In this document: one piece after another, positions 7,607-16,421 of the stretch | Layout: every line of letters begins with the position of its first letter | How positions within the stretch are numbered: position 1 is the stretch's first letter | Source of the DNA: a bacterium | GTDB lineage: Bacteria; Methylomirabilota; Methylomirabilia; CAVQYV01 | DNA: 22,055 nt | Direction: 5' to 3' | Assembly: GCA_043800755.1 (NCBI GenBank) | Contig: JAZDMQ010000112.1 | Coordinates: 1-22,055, forward strand | Made by a program: the position numbers and the translations under genes | Notes under the pieces: model-generated | The model's input: the letters and a program-made list of their open reading frames with translations, nothing else | Databases searched by the model: none | Told to the model about the DNA's origin: nothing

Positions 7607-7683
7607 TGGGGCGTGGCCAAGCAGGTAAGGCACGGGACTTTGGATCCCGGATTTCGGAGGTTCGAATCCTCCCGCCCCAGCCA
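7607..7683 (+). tRNA. tRNA-Gln(TTG)
   Basis: Acceptor TGGGGCG/CGCCCCA, anticodon arm CGGGA-CTTTGGA-TCCCG, T arm GGAGG-TTCGAAT-CCTCC, encoded CCA. Confidence 0.97.
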
Positions 7684-7717
7684 ATGTTTGCCATCATCCG
7701 ACTGATCGAGGAAGGCA

Positions 7718-8653
7718 ATGAGAAGAAATCTTTTGCTGTTTTCTGGAAATGCTAACCAGAAGTTGAGTCAAGAGATATCGGAGTACCTGAAGATCCCCTT
7801 GGCATCTGCGGAGGTAGCTCAATTCTCCGACGGGGAGATCCAGGTAAAGATAAACCAAAATGTGCGCGGCGCTGATGTCTTCGTCATCCAGCCGACCTCT
7901 CCTCCGGTCAACAATAATCTGATGGAGCTTCTCATCCTGATCGATGCCCTGAAAAGGGCTTCGGCGGATCGGATTACGGCGGTCATTCCCTACTATGGTT
8001 ACGCCCGGCAGGATCGGAAGGATCGGCCGCGCGTCCCCATCACTGCCAAATTGGTGGCCGACCTCCTGACCGCCGCGGGGACCAATCGGGTTTTGACCAT
8101 GGACCTCCACGCCGGTCAGATCCAGGGGTTCTTCAACATCCCTGTCGATCACCTCTTCGCGGCGCCAGTGATCATAGGCTATTTTCAATCTCTGGGATGG
8201 GATCAGATGTGCGTTGTTTCTCCTGATGCAGGCGGAGTGGAGAGAGCAAGGGCGTCTGCCAAGAGGTTGGGGGCCTCGTTGGCGATTATCGATAAGCGGC
8301 GGATTGGGTCCAACACGGCTCAGGTGATGCACATCGTAGGTGATGTGCGGGATAAGAATGTCATCATCATCGATGATATCATTGACACGGCTGGGACCAT
8401 CACCCAAGCAGTGGATGCGTTGATAGAGCAAGGGGCGCAAAGGGTTTATGCGAGCTGCATTCATCCGGTCTTGTCTGGGCCGGCGATTGAGAGGATCAAC
8501 AACTCCAAGTTGAAAGGAGTGGCAGTAACCAACACCATCGCTCTGGACGAAAAGAGGTCGAAGAAGCTTATTGTGCTATCGGTGGCTCCTTTGTTGGGAG
8601 AGGCGATTAGCCGGATCCATAAGGGAACCTCGGTAAGCTCCCTTTTTATCTGA
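7718..8653 (+). CDS. prs: Ribose-phosphate pyrophosphokinase
   Basis: [37 protein letters not shown] and DDIIDTAGT motifs. Confidence 0.98.
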   Translation: MRRNLLLFSGNANQKLSQEISEYLKIPLASAEVAQFSDGEIQVKINQNVRGADVFVIQPTSPPVNNNLMELLILIDALKRASADRITAVIPYYGYARQDRKDRPRVPITAKLVADLLTAAGTNRVLTMDLHAGQIQGFFNIPVDHLFAAPVIIGYFQSLGWDQMCVVSPDAGGVERARASAKRLGASLAIIDKRRIGSNTAQVMHIVGDVRDKNVIIIDDIIDTAGTITQAVDALIEQGAQRVYASCIHPVLSGPAIERINNSKLKGVAVTNTIALDEKRSKKLIVLSVAPLLGEAISRIHKGTSVSSLFI

Positions 8654-8690
8654 ACGAGAGCAGAAGGAATTTCATTTCCGGAGGGGATTT

Positions 8691-9371
8691 ATGGAGTGGG
8701 TTGAGTTGGCCGCCAAGGAGCGGAAGGTCTTTGGAAAAGGAGCCTGCAAAGGGCTTCGTGGGAAAAACGAGATCCCGGGCATCCTTTATGGGGGTGGCGA
8801 AGGTAATATTGCACTGGCCCTGAATCCGTTGGACCTGAGGAAGGCACTCGAAAAAGGGGGAGGGGAAAACGTCATCATCAACCTCAGCATCCAGAAGGAT
8901 GCAGAGGACACGGTGAGAACGGTGATGGTGAAGGATTTGCATGTACATCCCATAAAGGGGAATTACCTGCATGTGGATCTGCTACGGATTTCCATGGAGA
9001 AGATGATCAGGGTCGATGTGCCCATAACGCTCCACGGAGAGCCACCTGGGGTGAAACTGGGCGGAGGCATCTTGGAGCACATTCTGCGAGAGGTCGAGGT
9101 GGAATGCTTGCCAGCCGCGATACCCGAGGCCTTGGTTGCCGATGTCTCATCTCTGGAGATCGGCGATTCTGTCCATGTCAGGGATCTGAAGGCGATCGAG
9201 GGAGTGAAGATCCTTGAAAATCAAGAGTTGATCGTGGCCTCCGTGAGCCCGCCCGAAAAGGAAGAGGAGGAGGCTCCTGCGGAAGCCGCTCCTGTTGAGC
9301 CGGAGGTGGTAACCAGAAAGGAAGGCAAGGAGGAGGAGGAGAAGAAGGAGAAGGAAAAGGAGAAATCTTGA
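8691..9371 (+). CDS. rplY: 50S ribosomal protein L25 / general stress protein Ctc (long form)
   Basis: GK...LR....IPGILYG, HP....LHVD, GVKLGGG.LE and an acidic/Lys-rich tail. Confidence 0.95.
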   Translation: MEWVELAAKERKVFGKGACKGLRGKNEIPGILYGGGEGNIALALNPLDLRKALEKGGGENVIINLSIQKDAEDTVRTVMVKDLHVHPIKGNYLHVDLLRISMEKMIRVDVPITLHGEPPGVKLGGGILEHILREVEVECLPAAIPEALVADVSSLEIGDSVHVRDLKAIEGVKILENQELIVASVSPPEKEEEEAPAEAAPVEPEVVTRKEGKEEEEKKEKEKEKS

Positions 9372-9405
9372 CGCAACTTGCCTTCTTGAGTGGGGAGATT
9401 GCTCC

Positions 9406-9984
9406 TTGTGGTTGATCGTCGGTCTGGGAAATCCAGGATTAGCATATAAGGGAACGCGGCACAATATTGGGTTTCTGGTCGTCGATGGATTGGCTTCCCG
9501 AGAGGGAATGCATTTCAAGAAGAAAAAGCTGAAGGCGCTTTACGCCACCGGAGCCTTGGGCCAGGAGGAAGTAACCCTCATTAAGCCCCAGACTTTCATG
9601 AACTGTAGCGGTTTGGCAGTGGCATCCTGGCTTGGGACCCTTGGACTTCCCCCTTCCCGGTTGATCTTGATCCACGATGATTTGGATCTTATTCCCTTTC
9701 GGATCCGGGTTAGGAAGGGCGGAGGCCATGGGGGGCATCGGGGTGTGTTTTCTGTCATTCGGGAGCTGGGCTCACGGGATTTCATCCGGATCAGGATAGG
9801 CATCGGGAGGCCCACCGAGGGACACGCCAGCGCTGACTACGTCCTGGAGCCGTTTTCACCAAAGGAAAGACAGCATCTTGGTCAAGCCGTGGAAAAGGGG
9901 GCGGATGCAGTTTCCTTAGTACTCGACCAGGGTCTGGAGCCCGCCATGAATCGCTTCAACACCAGAACTGGAGAAAAGGACTAG
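9406..9984 (+). CDS. pth: Peptidyl-tRNA hydrolase
   Basis: LIVGLGNPG..Y..TRHNIGF, KPQTFMN.SG, HDDLD and GGHGGH motifs; TTG start. Confidence 0.97.
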   Translation: MWLIVGLGNPGLAYKGTRHNIGFLVVDGLASREGMHFKKKKLKALYATGALGQEEVTLIKPQTFMNCSGLAVASWLGTLGLPPSRLILIHDDLDLIPFRIRVRKGGGHGGHRGVFSVIRELGSRDFIRIRIGIGRPTEGHASADYVLEPFSPKERQHLGQAVEKGADAVSLVLDQGLEPAMNRFNTRTGEKD

Positions 9985-10045
9985 GATCACTTCGCCCTTG
10001 GCGAAGGAGAGAATACGGAGATGTTAGGGGGGAGGTGAGAATCAT

Positions 10046-10414
10046 TTGAAGGCCTACGAGATAATCCTCATATTGGATCCTGCCCTGACCGAAGAGGAGG
10101 TTGAGACCCAGGTCAACGAGATCAAGGAGATGGTCCTCAAGGGCAACGGAGAGGTGAATGAGATTCAGAGATGGGGGAAGAGGCGCCTGACTTATGAGGT
10201 GAAAAAGAGAAAGGAAGGGTATTACCTTCTCTTTCGCGTGACGGCGGACACCAAGTTGGTTTCCTCTTTGGAAAAAAACTTCAAGATCTCGGAAAAGGTG
10301 CTGAAGCATATGAAGGTGAGATTTGAAGAAAGCCAAGTTGCTCCGCCGGCGAGAGTTGATCCGAAGAAGTCAGAAGAGGTGGAGGCGTCCCTAGAGGCAA
10401 AGGGAGGGACCTAA
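10046..10414 (+). CDS. rpsF: 30S ribosomal protein S6
   Basis: YEII.ILDP and WGKRRLTYEVKK..EGYY motifs. TTG start lies downstream of a strong GGGAGGTG SD. Confidence 0.96.
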   Translation: MKAYEIILILDPALTEEEVETQVNEIKEMVLKGNGEVNEIQRWGKRRLTYEVKKRKEGYYLLFRVTADTKLVSSLEKNFKISEKVLKHMKVRFEESQVAPPARVDPKKSEEVEASLEAKGGT

Positions 10415-10819
10415 ATGGCTAACTTCAACAAGGTCATCTTAATGGGCAACTTAACCCGGGATCCAGACCTACGTTTTACGCCCTCTGGGGCTCCGGTCTG
10501 TAATTTCGACCTGGCGGTGAATCGATCCTATACCACTCAGTCAGGAGAGAAGAAGGACGAAGTCTGCTACATCACGATCGTGGTTTGGGGGAAACAAGCG
10601 GAGTCTTGCGGGGAATACCTGCGTAAAGGCCGGACTGCCTTGGTGGAAGGCCATCTGCAGCAGCGATCCTGGGAGACTCCGGATGGCCAGAAGCGATCCA
10701 AATATGAAGTGGTAGCCGAGAGGGTATTATTCATTGGGGCTCGCAAGGAGTCAGGTGGGGATGGAGAAATGATCCGCCCTCCCTATGAGACAGCGGCGGA
10801 GGAGGATATTCCTTTTTAG
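10415..10819 (+). CDS. ssb: Single-stranded DNA-binding protein
   Basis: NKVILMGNLTRDP.LR.TPSG OB-fold motif and C-terminal EEDIPF. Confidence 0.97.
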   Translation: MANFNKVILMGNLTRDPDLRFTPSGAPVCNFDLAVNRSYTTQSGEKKDEVCYITIVVWGKQAESCGEYLRKGRTALVEGHLQQRSWETPDGQKRSKYEVVAERVLFIGARKESGGDGEMIRPPYETAAEEDIPF

Positions 10820-10837
10820 ATCAGGAGGATTTTCTTG

Positions 10838-11068
10838 ATGTTGAAGAAGAGGAGTTTCAGGCGGAAGATCTGCAAATTCTGTGCGGACAAGGTTGATCAT
10901 ATCGAATACAAGGATGTCAGGAGATTACGGAGCTACTTGTCCGAGAGGGGAAAGATCATGCCCCGTCGGGTATCGGGCAACTGCGCCCATCATCAACGGG
11001 AACTGACAGTGGCCATCAAAAGAGCAAGAAATATCGCCCTTCTCCCCTTTGTCACTGAACAGATCTAA
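10838..11068 (+). CDS. rpsR: 30S ribosomal protein S18 (Cys-containing, zinc-binding type)
   Basis: RRKICKFC...YKD...L...SERGKI.PRR.SGNCA.HQR....AIKRAR..ALLPF. Alternative TTG start at 10835. Confidence 0.97.
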   Translation: MLKKRSFRRKICKFCADKVDHIEYKDVRRLRSYLSERGKIMPRRVSGNCAHHQRELTVAIKRARNIALLPFVTEQI

Positions 11069-11114
11069 TAGGTCTTCCTCCGATCCTTGGAGCTGAGCTG
11101 GAGGTAGTTGAATT

Positions 11115-12068
11115 ATGGAAAGGATCTTTGCTTTCCATAGAGCGGTGGCTCCATTGATAATGGAGGCTGTAGTTCTTGGCTTCTTCTCCCTGATTCTGTT
11201 TCTGGCCACTTCTCTGGTGCCCATCGTGGGCTTTGCCCTCTCACTCTTTGCCCCCCTCCCCCTCACGCTTCTATCTGTCCGGAGGGGTTTGGCAGGAGGG
11301 GTGCTGGGACTCCTCTTTCTCTTCCTTCTGCTCGCTCTATCCTCATCTTTACTGCGGGCGGTTTCATTTCTGCTGGAATTCGGGGGGGTGGCCGTGATCC
11401 TGGGAGAGGGCATCAGGAGAGAGTGGGGAGGGGAGCGAGCCGTGCTTTTGGGCGCCCTTGGCTCAGGGGCCGGGACGAGCCTGCTCCTTCTCATCCACAT
11501 GCTGAGGTTTCGAGTTGGCCTCTCCGACCTGATCGATAAACAGATCACCGAGCGATTACTTGAGTTGCGCGAGATCTTCGCCAAGGCAGGCGCTGCTCCC
11601 ACCTCCTGGGATTCCCTGGAACACTTCCTGCTGCAGAGCTATCCCGCCCTCCTTTTTCTCAGCATCCTGTTTGCCGCCATCCTCAATTACTACCTCGCAC
11701 GGCGCATTCGTGGTTGGCGGAACCCGGACGCCAAACAGAAAGACAGGCCCTTCTCCGATTGGTCCATCCCTGAGTATTGGGTTTGGGGGTTCATTTTCTC
11801 TCTGCTCCTCTATCTCTTGCCCCCCCCTTACAAGCTGGTGGGTCTCAATCTCCTCCTCATCTCCTCGGGGCTTTATCTCCTACAAGGAATGGCAATTTCC
11901 GCAACCTTTTTGCGACGCTGGCACCTCCCCACCCTGCTCAAGGTTTCCATCTTTCTCTTTGCGCTCTCCCAACCCGTTTTCCTTTTGCTGCTTGCGGGAA
12001 TAGGGCTTTTTGATGTGTGGGGCAACTTTCGCAGAGGGTTGAGCGGAAAGAGCACCAGTGAGGGATGA
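11115..12068 (+). CDS. YybS / DUF2232 family membrane protein
   Basis: Multi-TM protein with YLLQG.AI and terminal G.FD.W.NFR motifs, in the canonical position between rpsR and rplI. Confidence 0.85.
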   Translation: MERIFAFHRAVAPLIMEAVVLGFFSLILFLATSLVPIVGFALSLFAPLPLTLLSVRRGLAGGVLGLLFLFLLLALSSSLLRAVSFLLEFGGVAVILGEGIRREWGGERAVLLGALGSGAGTSLLLLIHMLRFRVGLSDLIDKQITERLLELREIFAKAGAAPTSWDSLEHFLLQSYPALLFLSILFAAILNYYLARRIRGWRNPDAKQKDRPFSDWSIPEYWVWGFIFSLLLYLLPPPYKLVGLNLLLISSGLYLLQGMAISATFLRRWHLPTLLKVSIFLFALSQPVFLLLLAGIGLFDVWGNFRRGLSGKSTSEG

Positions 12069-12205
12069 GAATGCGTAGCGGCCGGGATCCTTGCGGCCAG
12101 CGAGGATGAAGCGGGCGGATAGGGTGATTCAGGAGGTCTTCACCTCCAAAGGTCCTTTCCAGCCTGCGGACTATTTTCTAACCGGAAAGGAAAGGCTTGC
12201 GAACC

Positions 12206-12649
12206 ATGAAAATTATACTGCTTGCCGATGTGGCTAAACTGGGAAAAGCAGGCGATTGTATCGAGGTCAACGATGGCTATGCCCGGAACTACATCATCCC
12301 TCGCAAATTAGCGGTGGAGGCCACCCCCTCCAAGCTGCGACATGTCGAGCAAAAAAAGGCCTTGGGGATGGGCCAGGAGTCGAGGGCAAAAAGGGAGGCC
12401 CAGGACCTGGTGGAGAGGCTTGAAGGCTTTACCCTGATGCTTTCTCGCCAGGTGGGGAAGGCGGACAAGCTTTTTGGGTCCGTCACCTCCAAGGATCTCA
12501 GCGAAGCCCTTGCCGGGCAGGGATTTGAGGTCGATCGCAAGAAGATCCTATTGGATGAGCCCATTAAGTACCTGGGGACCTTTGAGGTTCCTGTGCGGCT
12601 GCATCGTGAGGTCCTGACCAAGATCAGGGTGGAAGTGAGTAAGGGCTAA
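12206..12649 (+). CDS. rplI: 50S ribosomal protein L9
   Basis: MKIILLADVAKLGKAGD.IEV.DGYARNYIIP, KLFGSVT and PIKYLG motifs. Confidence 0.97.
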   Translation: MKIILLADVAKLGKAGDCIEVNDGYARNYIIPRKLAVEATPSKLRHVEQKKALGMGQESRAKREAQDLVERLEGFTLMLSRQVGKADKLFGSVTSKDLSEALAGQGFEVDRKKILLDEPIKYLGTFEVPVRLHREVLTKIRVEVSKG

Positions 12650-12669
12650 TTTCTGCAAGAGGTTAAAGG

Positions 12670-14052
12670 ATGAAGAACCTGGAACTGGAGAAGATCCCCC
12701 CCCAGAACTTGGAAGCAGAGGTGGCGGTTCTCGGCGCGATCCTTCAAGAGAACGAGGCAATTCACCGGGCGATCGAGGCCTTGGGCAAGGATGACTTCTA
12801 TCGTGAGGCCCACCGCAAGATCTACCAGGCGTGCCTCAATCTCTTCGAACGAAACGAACCGATCGACTTGGTGACCCTCGCCAATGAACTCCAGAAGCAG
12901 AAGGAATTGGAGGCGGTAGGAGGGGCATCCTATTTAACCTACCTGGTGGACAGTGTGCCGACTGCCGCAAACGTCAGCCACTATGCAAAGATCGTTAGGG
13001 AGAAGGGCGTACTCCGGGATCTCATCTCGGTGTCCACCAATATCATTAGCTCCAGCTTCGAAGCCGAGAAAGAGGTAGGGGAGGTCTTGGACGAGGCGGA
13101 GAAGAGGGTATTCGAAATCTCCCAGAATCGTTTTTCCTTTGCGTTGACACCCCTGCGGAGCGTGCTCAAGGGCAGCTTTGAGCTGATCGAAAGGCTTTAT
13201 GCGCGCAAGGTCCATGTCACCGGCGTCCCGACTGGTTTCACCGATTTCGATGCCCTTACTTCCGGACTTCAGCCCACCGACCTCATTATCATCGCCGGCC
13301 GTCCCTCGGCAGGGAAGAGCAGCTTTTGTCTCAATGTCGCACAGAATACCGCGATTCAGGACAAAACGGTGGTGGCCATCTTCAGCCTCGAGATGTCGAA
13401 GGAACAACTGGTACAGAGGATGCTTTGTTCTCAGGCGAGGGTGGGCTTGCATCGCCTGCGCCGGGGCTATCTGAGAGAGCAGGACTGGGGGGAGCTGACC
13501 ACGGCGGCAGGAGTTCTCGCCGATACCTCCATTTTTATTGATGATTCTCCTTCCATATCGGTATTGGAGATGAAAGCAAAGTGCCGCAGATTAAAGGCGG
13601 AACACGGCCTGGGATTGGTCCTCGTCGATTACCTCCAGTTGATTCAGGGTAGAGGGAGGGCAGAGAACCGGCAGCAAGAGATTTCCGATATCTCTCGCTC
13701 TTTAAAGGGATTGGCCAAGGAGTTGAGTGTTCCGATCGTTGCCCTCTCGCAGCTCTCTCGCAGAGTGGAGGATCGCCAGGGGAGCCGCCCTCAACTCTCT
13801 GACCTTCGGGAATCAGGTGCCTTGGAGCAGGATGCGGACCTGGTGGCATTCATCTATCGTCCGAAGATCTACGAGCCTCCAGAGGCGGTGGATCAGAAGG
13901 ATTTCATGTCTTATGAGGAAAAGAGTGAGGGCCACCCGACCGAGGTGATCGTGGGCAAACAAAGGAATGGTCGTCCCGGAACGATCAAATTGACCTTCAT
14001 GCCGGAATATACCCGCTTTGAGAACTGGTCCGATCGGGAACCCACTTTCTAA
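12670..14052 (+). CDS. dnaB: Replicative DNA helicase
   Basis: PPQNLEAE.AVLG, GRPSAGKS, FSLEMS, VDYLQL, SDLRESGALEQDAD and KQRNG motifs; 460 aa with no intein. Confidence 0.98.
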   Translation: MKNLELEKIPPQNLEAEVAVLGAILQENEAIHRAIEALGKDDFYREAHRKIYQACLNLFERNEPIDLVTLANELQKQKELEAVGGASYLTYLVDSVPTAANVSHYAKIVREKGVLRDLISVSTNIISSSFEAEKEVGEVLDEAEKRVFEISQNRFSFALTPLRSVLKGSFELIERLYARKVHVTGVPTGFTDFDALTSGLQPTDLIIIAGRPSAGKSSFCLNVAQNTAIQDKTVVAIFSLEMSKEQLVQRMLCSQARVGLHRLRRGYLREQDWGELTTAAGVLADTSIFIDDSPSISVLEMKAKCRRLKAEHGLGLVLVDYLQLIQGRGRAENRQQEISDISRSLKGLAKELSVPIVALSQLSRRVEDRQGSRPQLSDLRESGALEQDADLVAFIYRPKIYEPPEAVDQKDFMSYEEKSEGHPTEVIVGKQRNGRPGTIKLTFMPEYTRFENWSDREPTF

Positions 14053-14097
14053 ACGAGATGCAATCGACTGCATTCCGAAGTATTGGTGGGAAACGCC

Positions 14098-14267
14098 GAT
14101 CTTTATTGAGAACCGCCCGGCAAAAAGTTGCGCAGACTCGAAAGGGTGCCTGAGCGTAATCCATGCAGCTCGCCGCGCGGTTGGCCGGGAGAAATCCCAG
14201 ATTCAGAACATGCTCAGACTCCAGTTCGTTTCGCTGCACGCTGGGGCGGCCTAAACAGATTTTATTG
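14098..14267 (+). other. Structured intergenic element (candidate ncRNA or MITE-like insert)
   Basis: Nested 72-nt stem-loop at 14111-14182 capped by GAAA, a second hairpin GGGA-GAAA-TCCC, and flanking TTTATTG direct repeats. Confidence 0.35.
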
Positions 14268-14319
14268 CCTTAGAGCAGGCTCAACGTCAAGATCGGAAGA
14301 GACGCCATCGGCCTTCTCC

Positions 14320-14343
14320 TCTCCTCTTAAAGGAGGTTTTTTT
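14320..14343 (+). terminator. Rho-independent terminator downstream of dnaB
   Basis: TCTCCT-CTTAA-AGGAGG stem-loop followed by T7. Confidence 0.6.
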
Positions 14344-14481
14344 CTTGCGCCTTGCCGTCTGCCTACGAACGGGGTGATGGCTTCTTTCAATTGCAGAATT
14401 CCTTGTCAGAAACGTTAATGTATCTTTCAGGCAAGACCTGGTAGCAGCTCGAGACGATTCGTTCACATGGTAGTGGTCGCT

Positions 14482-15858
14482 ATGGCGAAAGTAAAGACCA
14501 TCTTTATCTGTCAGCAGTGTGGATTTCGATCTCCCCGCTGGATGGGACGCTGCCCGGACTGTCAGGAGTGGTCCAGCCTGGAGGAGTGCAGGATTGTCGA
14601 AGAGAAAGAGGAGCGAGGCCGACTGGGGCCAGCGACAAAGGAGATAAAAAGGCCGGTTCCCATTACCGAGGCCCAGCCGCACGGTTTCAGCCGGCTGTCC
14701 ACCGGAATCAGGGAGTTCGATCGAACCCTGGGAGGAGGAATTGTTCCCGGCTCTCTGATCCTCTTGGGCGGTGACCCCGGGATCGGTAAATCAACGCTCG
14801 TCATGCAGGCATGTGCCAACCTCAGCCGGAACGGTCAATTGGTTCTTTATGTTTCCGGTGAGGAATCCGTCGAACAGATACAAGGGCGGGCAGTCCGAGT
14901 GGATGCGCTTTCCGACCGCTTCCTCTTGGCCACGGAGACCTGCGTAGGGAATATCCTGGGGCAAGTTGAACGGCTGAAGCCCGCTCTTCTGGTGGTGGAT
15001 TCAATACAAACGACCTTCTCAGAGACTCTCCCTTCCCCTCCTGGAAGTATCAGCCAGATTCGAGAGGTGGCTCATCGCCTGCTGGAGGCGGCCAAAGGAG
15101 AAAGGGTGAGCATCCTCATCGTGGGCCACGTGACCAAAGACGGATCTTTGGCTGGGCCACGAGCCTTGGAGCACATTGTAGACACGGTGATCTATTTTGA
15201 GGGCGAGAGGCAGAATCTCTTCCGCATCTTGAGGGCGACCAAGAACCGTTTTGGTTCCACCGATGAAATCGGGATCTTTGAGATGACCGAAGGCGGCCTG
15301 AAGGAGGTCGAGAATCCTTCCCAGTGCTTCCTCTCAGAGCGGTCCATTGGGGCTCCGGGATCGGTCATTGTCCCGGTCTTGGAGGGGACCAGACCCCTGC
15401 TCATTGAATTACAGGCACTGGTGAGTTCCACCCATGCTGCCATCCCTCGCAAGATGGCGACCGGAGTGGACTACAACCGCACCCAGCTTTTGATGGCCGT
15501 TCTGGAGAAACGCATGGGAGTGCACCTTCAGTCTGCAGATGTCTATGTCAATGTTCCAGGGGGAATCCGGGTGGAGGAGACGGCTGCGGATCTGGGGATT
15601 GCCGCGGCCTTACTCTCAAGTTGTCGCAACCGCCCGATCCCCAAAGAGGTTGTGGTCCTGGGGGAAGTGGGTTTGGTCGGTGAGGTGAGGGGGGTAGGTC
15701 AAGTGGAGAGGCGCCTGAGCGAGGCGTGCCATCACGGGTTTTCCCGGTGTCTCCTGCCCAAGACTAACCTGACCCGGCTAACCAATCGTTGGGGAATGGA
15801 ACTGGTGGGCCTGGAAAGGATTGAGGGATTGACAGACGAGCTCTTCTCCCAGAAATAA
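14482..15858 (+). CDS. radA: DNA repair protein RadA/Sms
   Basis: C4 zinc finger (CQQCG...WMGRCPDC), GGDPGIGKSTL, KNRFG and a Lon-like C-terminal domain. Alternative start at 14467. Confidence 0.98.
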   Translation: MAKVKTIFICQQCGFRSPRWMGRCPDCQEWSSLEECRIVEEKEERGRLGPATKEIKRPVPITEAQPHGFSRLSTGIREFDRTLGGGIVPGSLILLGGDPGIGKSTLVMQACANLSRNGQLVLYVSGEESVEQIQGRAVRVDALSDRFLLATETCVGNILGQVERLKPALLVVDSIQTTFSETLPSPPGSISQIREVAHRLLEAAKGERVSILIVGHVTKDGSLAGPRALEHIVDTVIYFEGERQNLFRILRATKNRFGSTDEIGIFEMTEGGLKEVENPSQCFLSERSIGAPGSVIVPVLEGTRPLLIELQALVSSTHAAIPRKMATGVDYNRTQLLMAVLEKRMGVHLQSADVYVNVPGGIRVEETAADLGIAAALLSSCRNRPIPKEVVVLGEVGLVGEVRGVGQVERRLSEACHHGFSRCLLPKTNLTRLTNRWGMELVGLERIEGLTDELFSQK

Positions 15859-15862
15859 GTTT

Positions 15863-15891
15863 TTGACTAATCTGTGATTTTTTGATAAAAT
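15863..15891 (+). promoter_or_regulatory. Near-consensus sigma70 promoter of carD with extended -10
   Basis: TTGACT (15863-15868), 17 bp T-rich spacer, TGn-TAAAAT (-10 at 15886-15891). Confidence 0.75.
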
Positions 15892-15908
15892 GGGGGTGGA
15901 GATATGAG

Positions 15909-16391
15909 ATGTTTCACATAGGAGACAAGGTCGTTTATCCTGCCCACGGCGTGGGGCTTATCGAGGCCATTGAAGAGAAGGAGGTATTGGGATTTAGACA
16001 GTCCTTTTACATTCTCCGCCTTCTGGGGAGCGAGATGACGATCATGGTGCCTACTGCCAGCGCGGAGCGGAATGGCCTCCGAGAGTTGATCAGGGCCTGT
16101 GATGTGCCCAAGGTTTTGGAAATCCTTAAAAAGAACGATGTGGTGATCTGTCCGAACTGGAATCGTCGATTTAAGGATAATCTGGAGAGGATCAAGACCG
16201 GGTCTCCTTTTGAGGTTGCGGAGGTCATGCGCATCTTGGTTCTCCTGCAAAAGGAAAGAAATCTCTCCTTTGGCGAGAAGAAGATGTTGGAGAATGTGCG
16301 GCATCTCCTAGTCGTGGAGATCTGCCATGCGGTGAATGTAGCTGAAGAAGAGGTAAGGCTGCTTATAGAAGAGGCCATTGCGAATGCGTGA
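15909..16391 (+). CDS. carD: CarD family RNA polymerase-binding transcription factor
   Basis: MF.IGDKVVYPAHGVG, NWNRR with the conserved Trp, and LSFGEKKML. Confidence 0.95.
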   Translation: MFHIGDKVVYPAHGVGLIEAIEEKEVLGFRQSFYILRLLGSEMTIMVPTASAERNGLRELIRACDVPKVLEILKKNDVVICPNWNRRFKDNLERIKTGSPFEVAEVMRILVLLQKERNLSFGEKKMLENVRHLLVVEICHAVNVAEEEVRLLIEEAIANA

Positions 16392-16421
16392 CCCGCGTCC
16401 TCAGAAGGAGGTGAGTGGAGA

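Noticed and set aside
12670..14052. Intein in dnaB
   Set aside because: Normal length with contiguous motifs; only a short loop insertion near the C-terminus.
14111..14300. Group I intron core or c-di-GMP-I riboswitch in the dnaB-radA spacer
   Set aside because: Only loose motif echoes (AATCCATGCAGC, CAGACT, GGCAAA, GGCCTAAAC). There is no P7 partner or host exon, and the riboswitch spacing does not fit.
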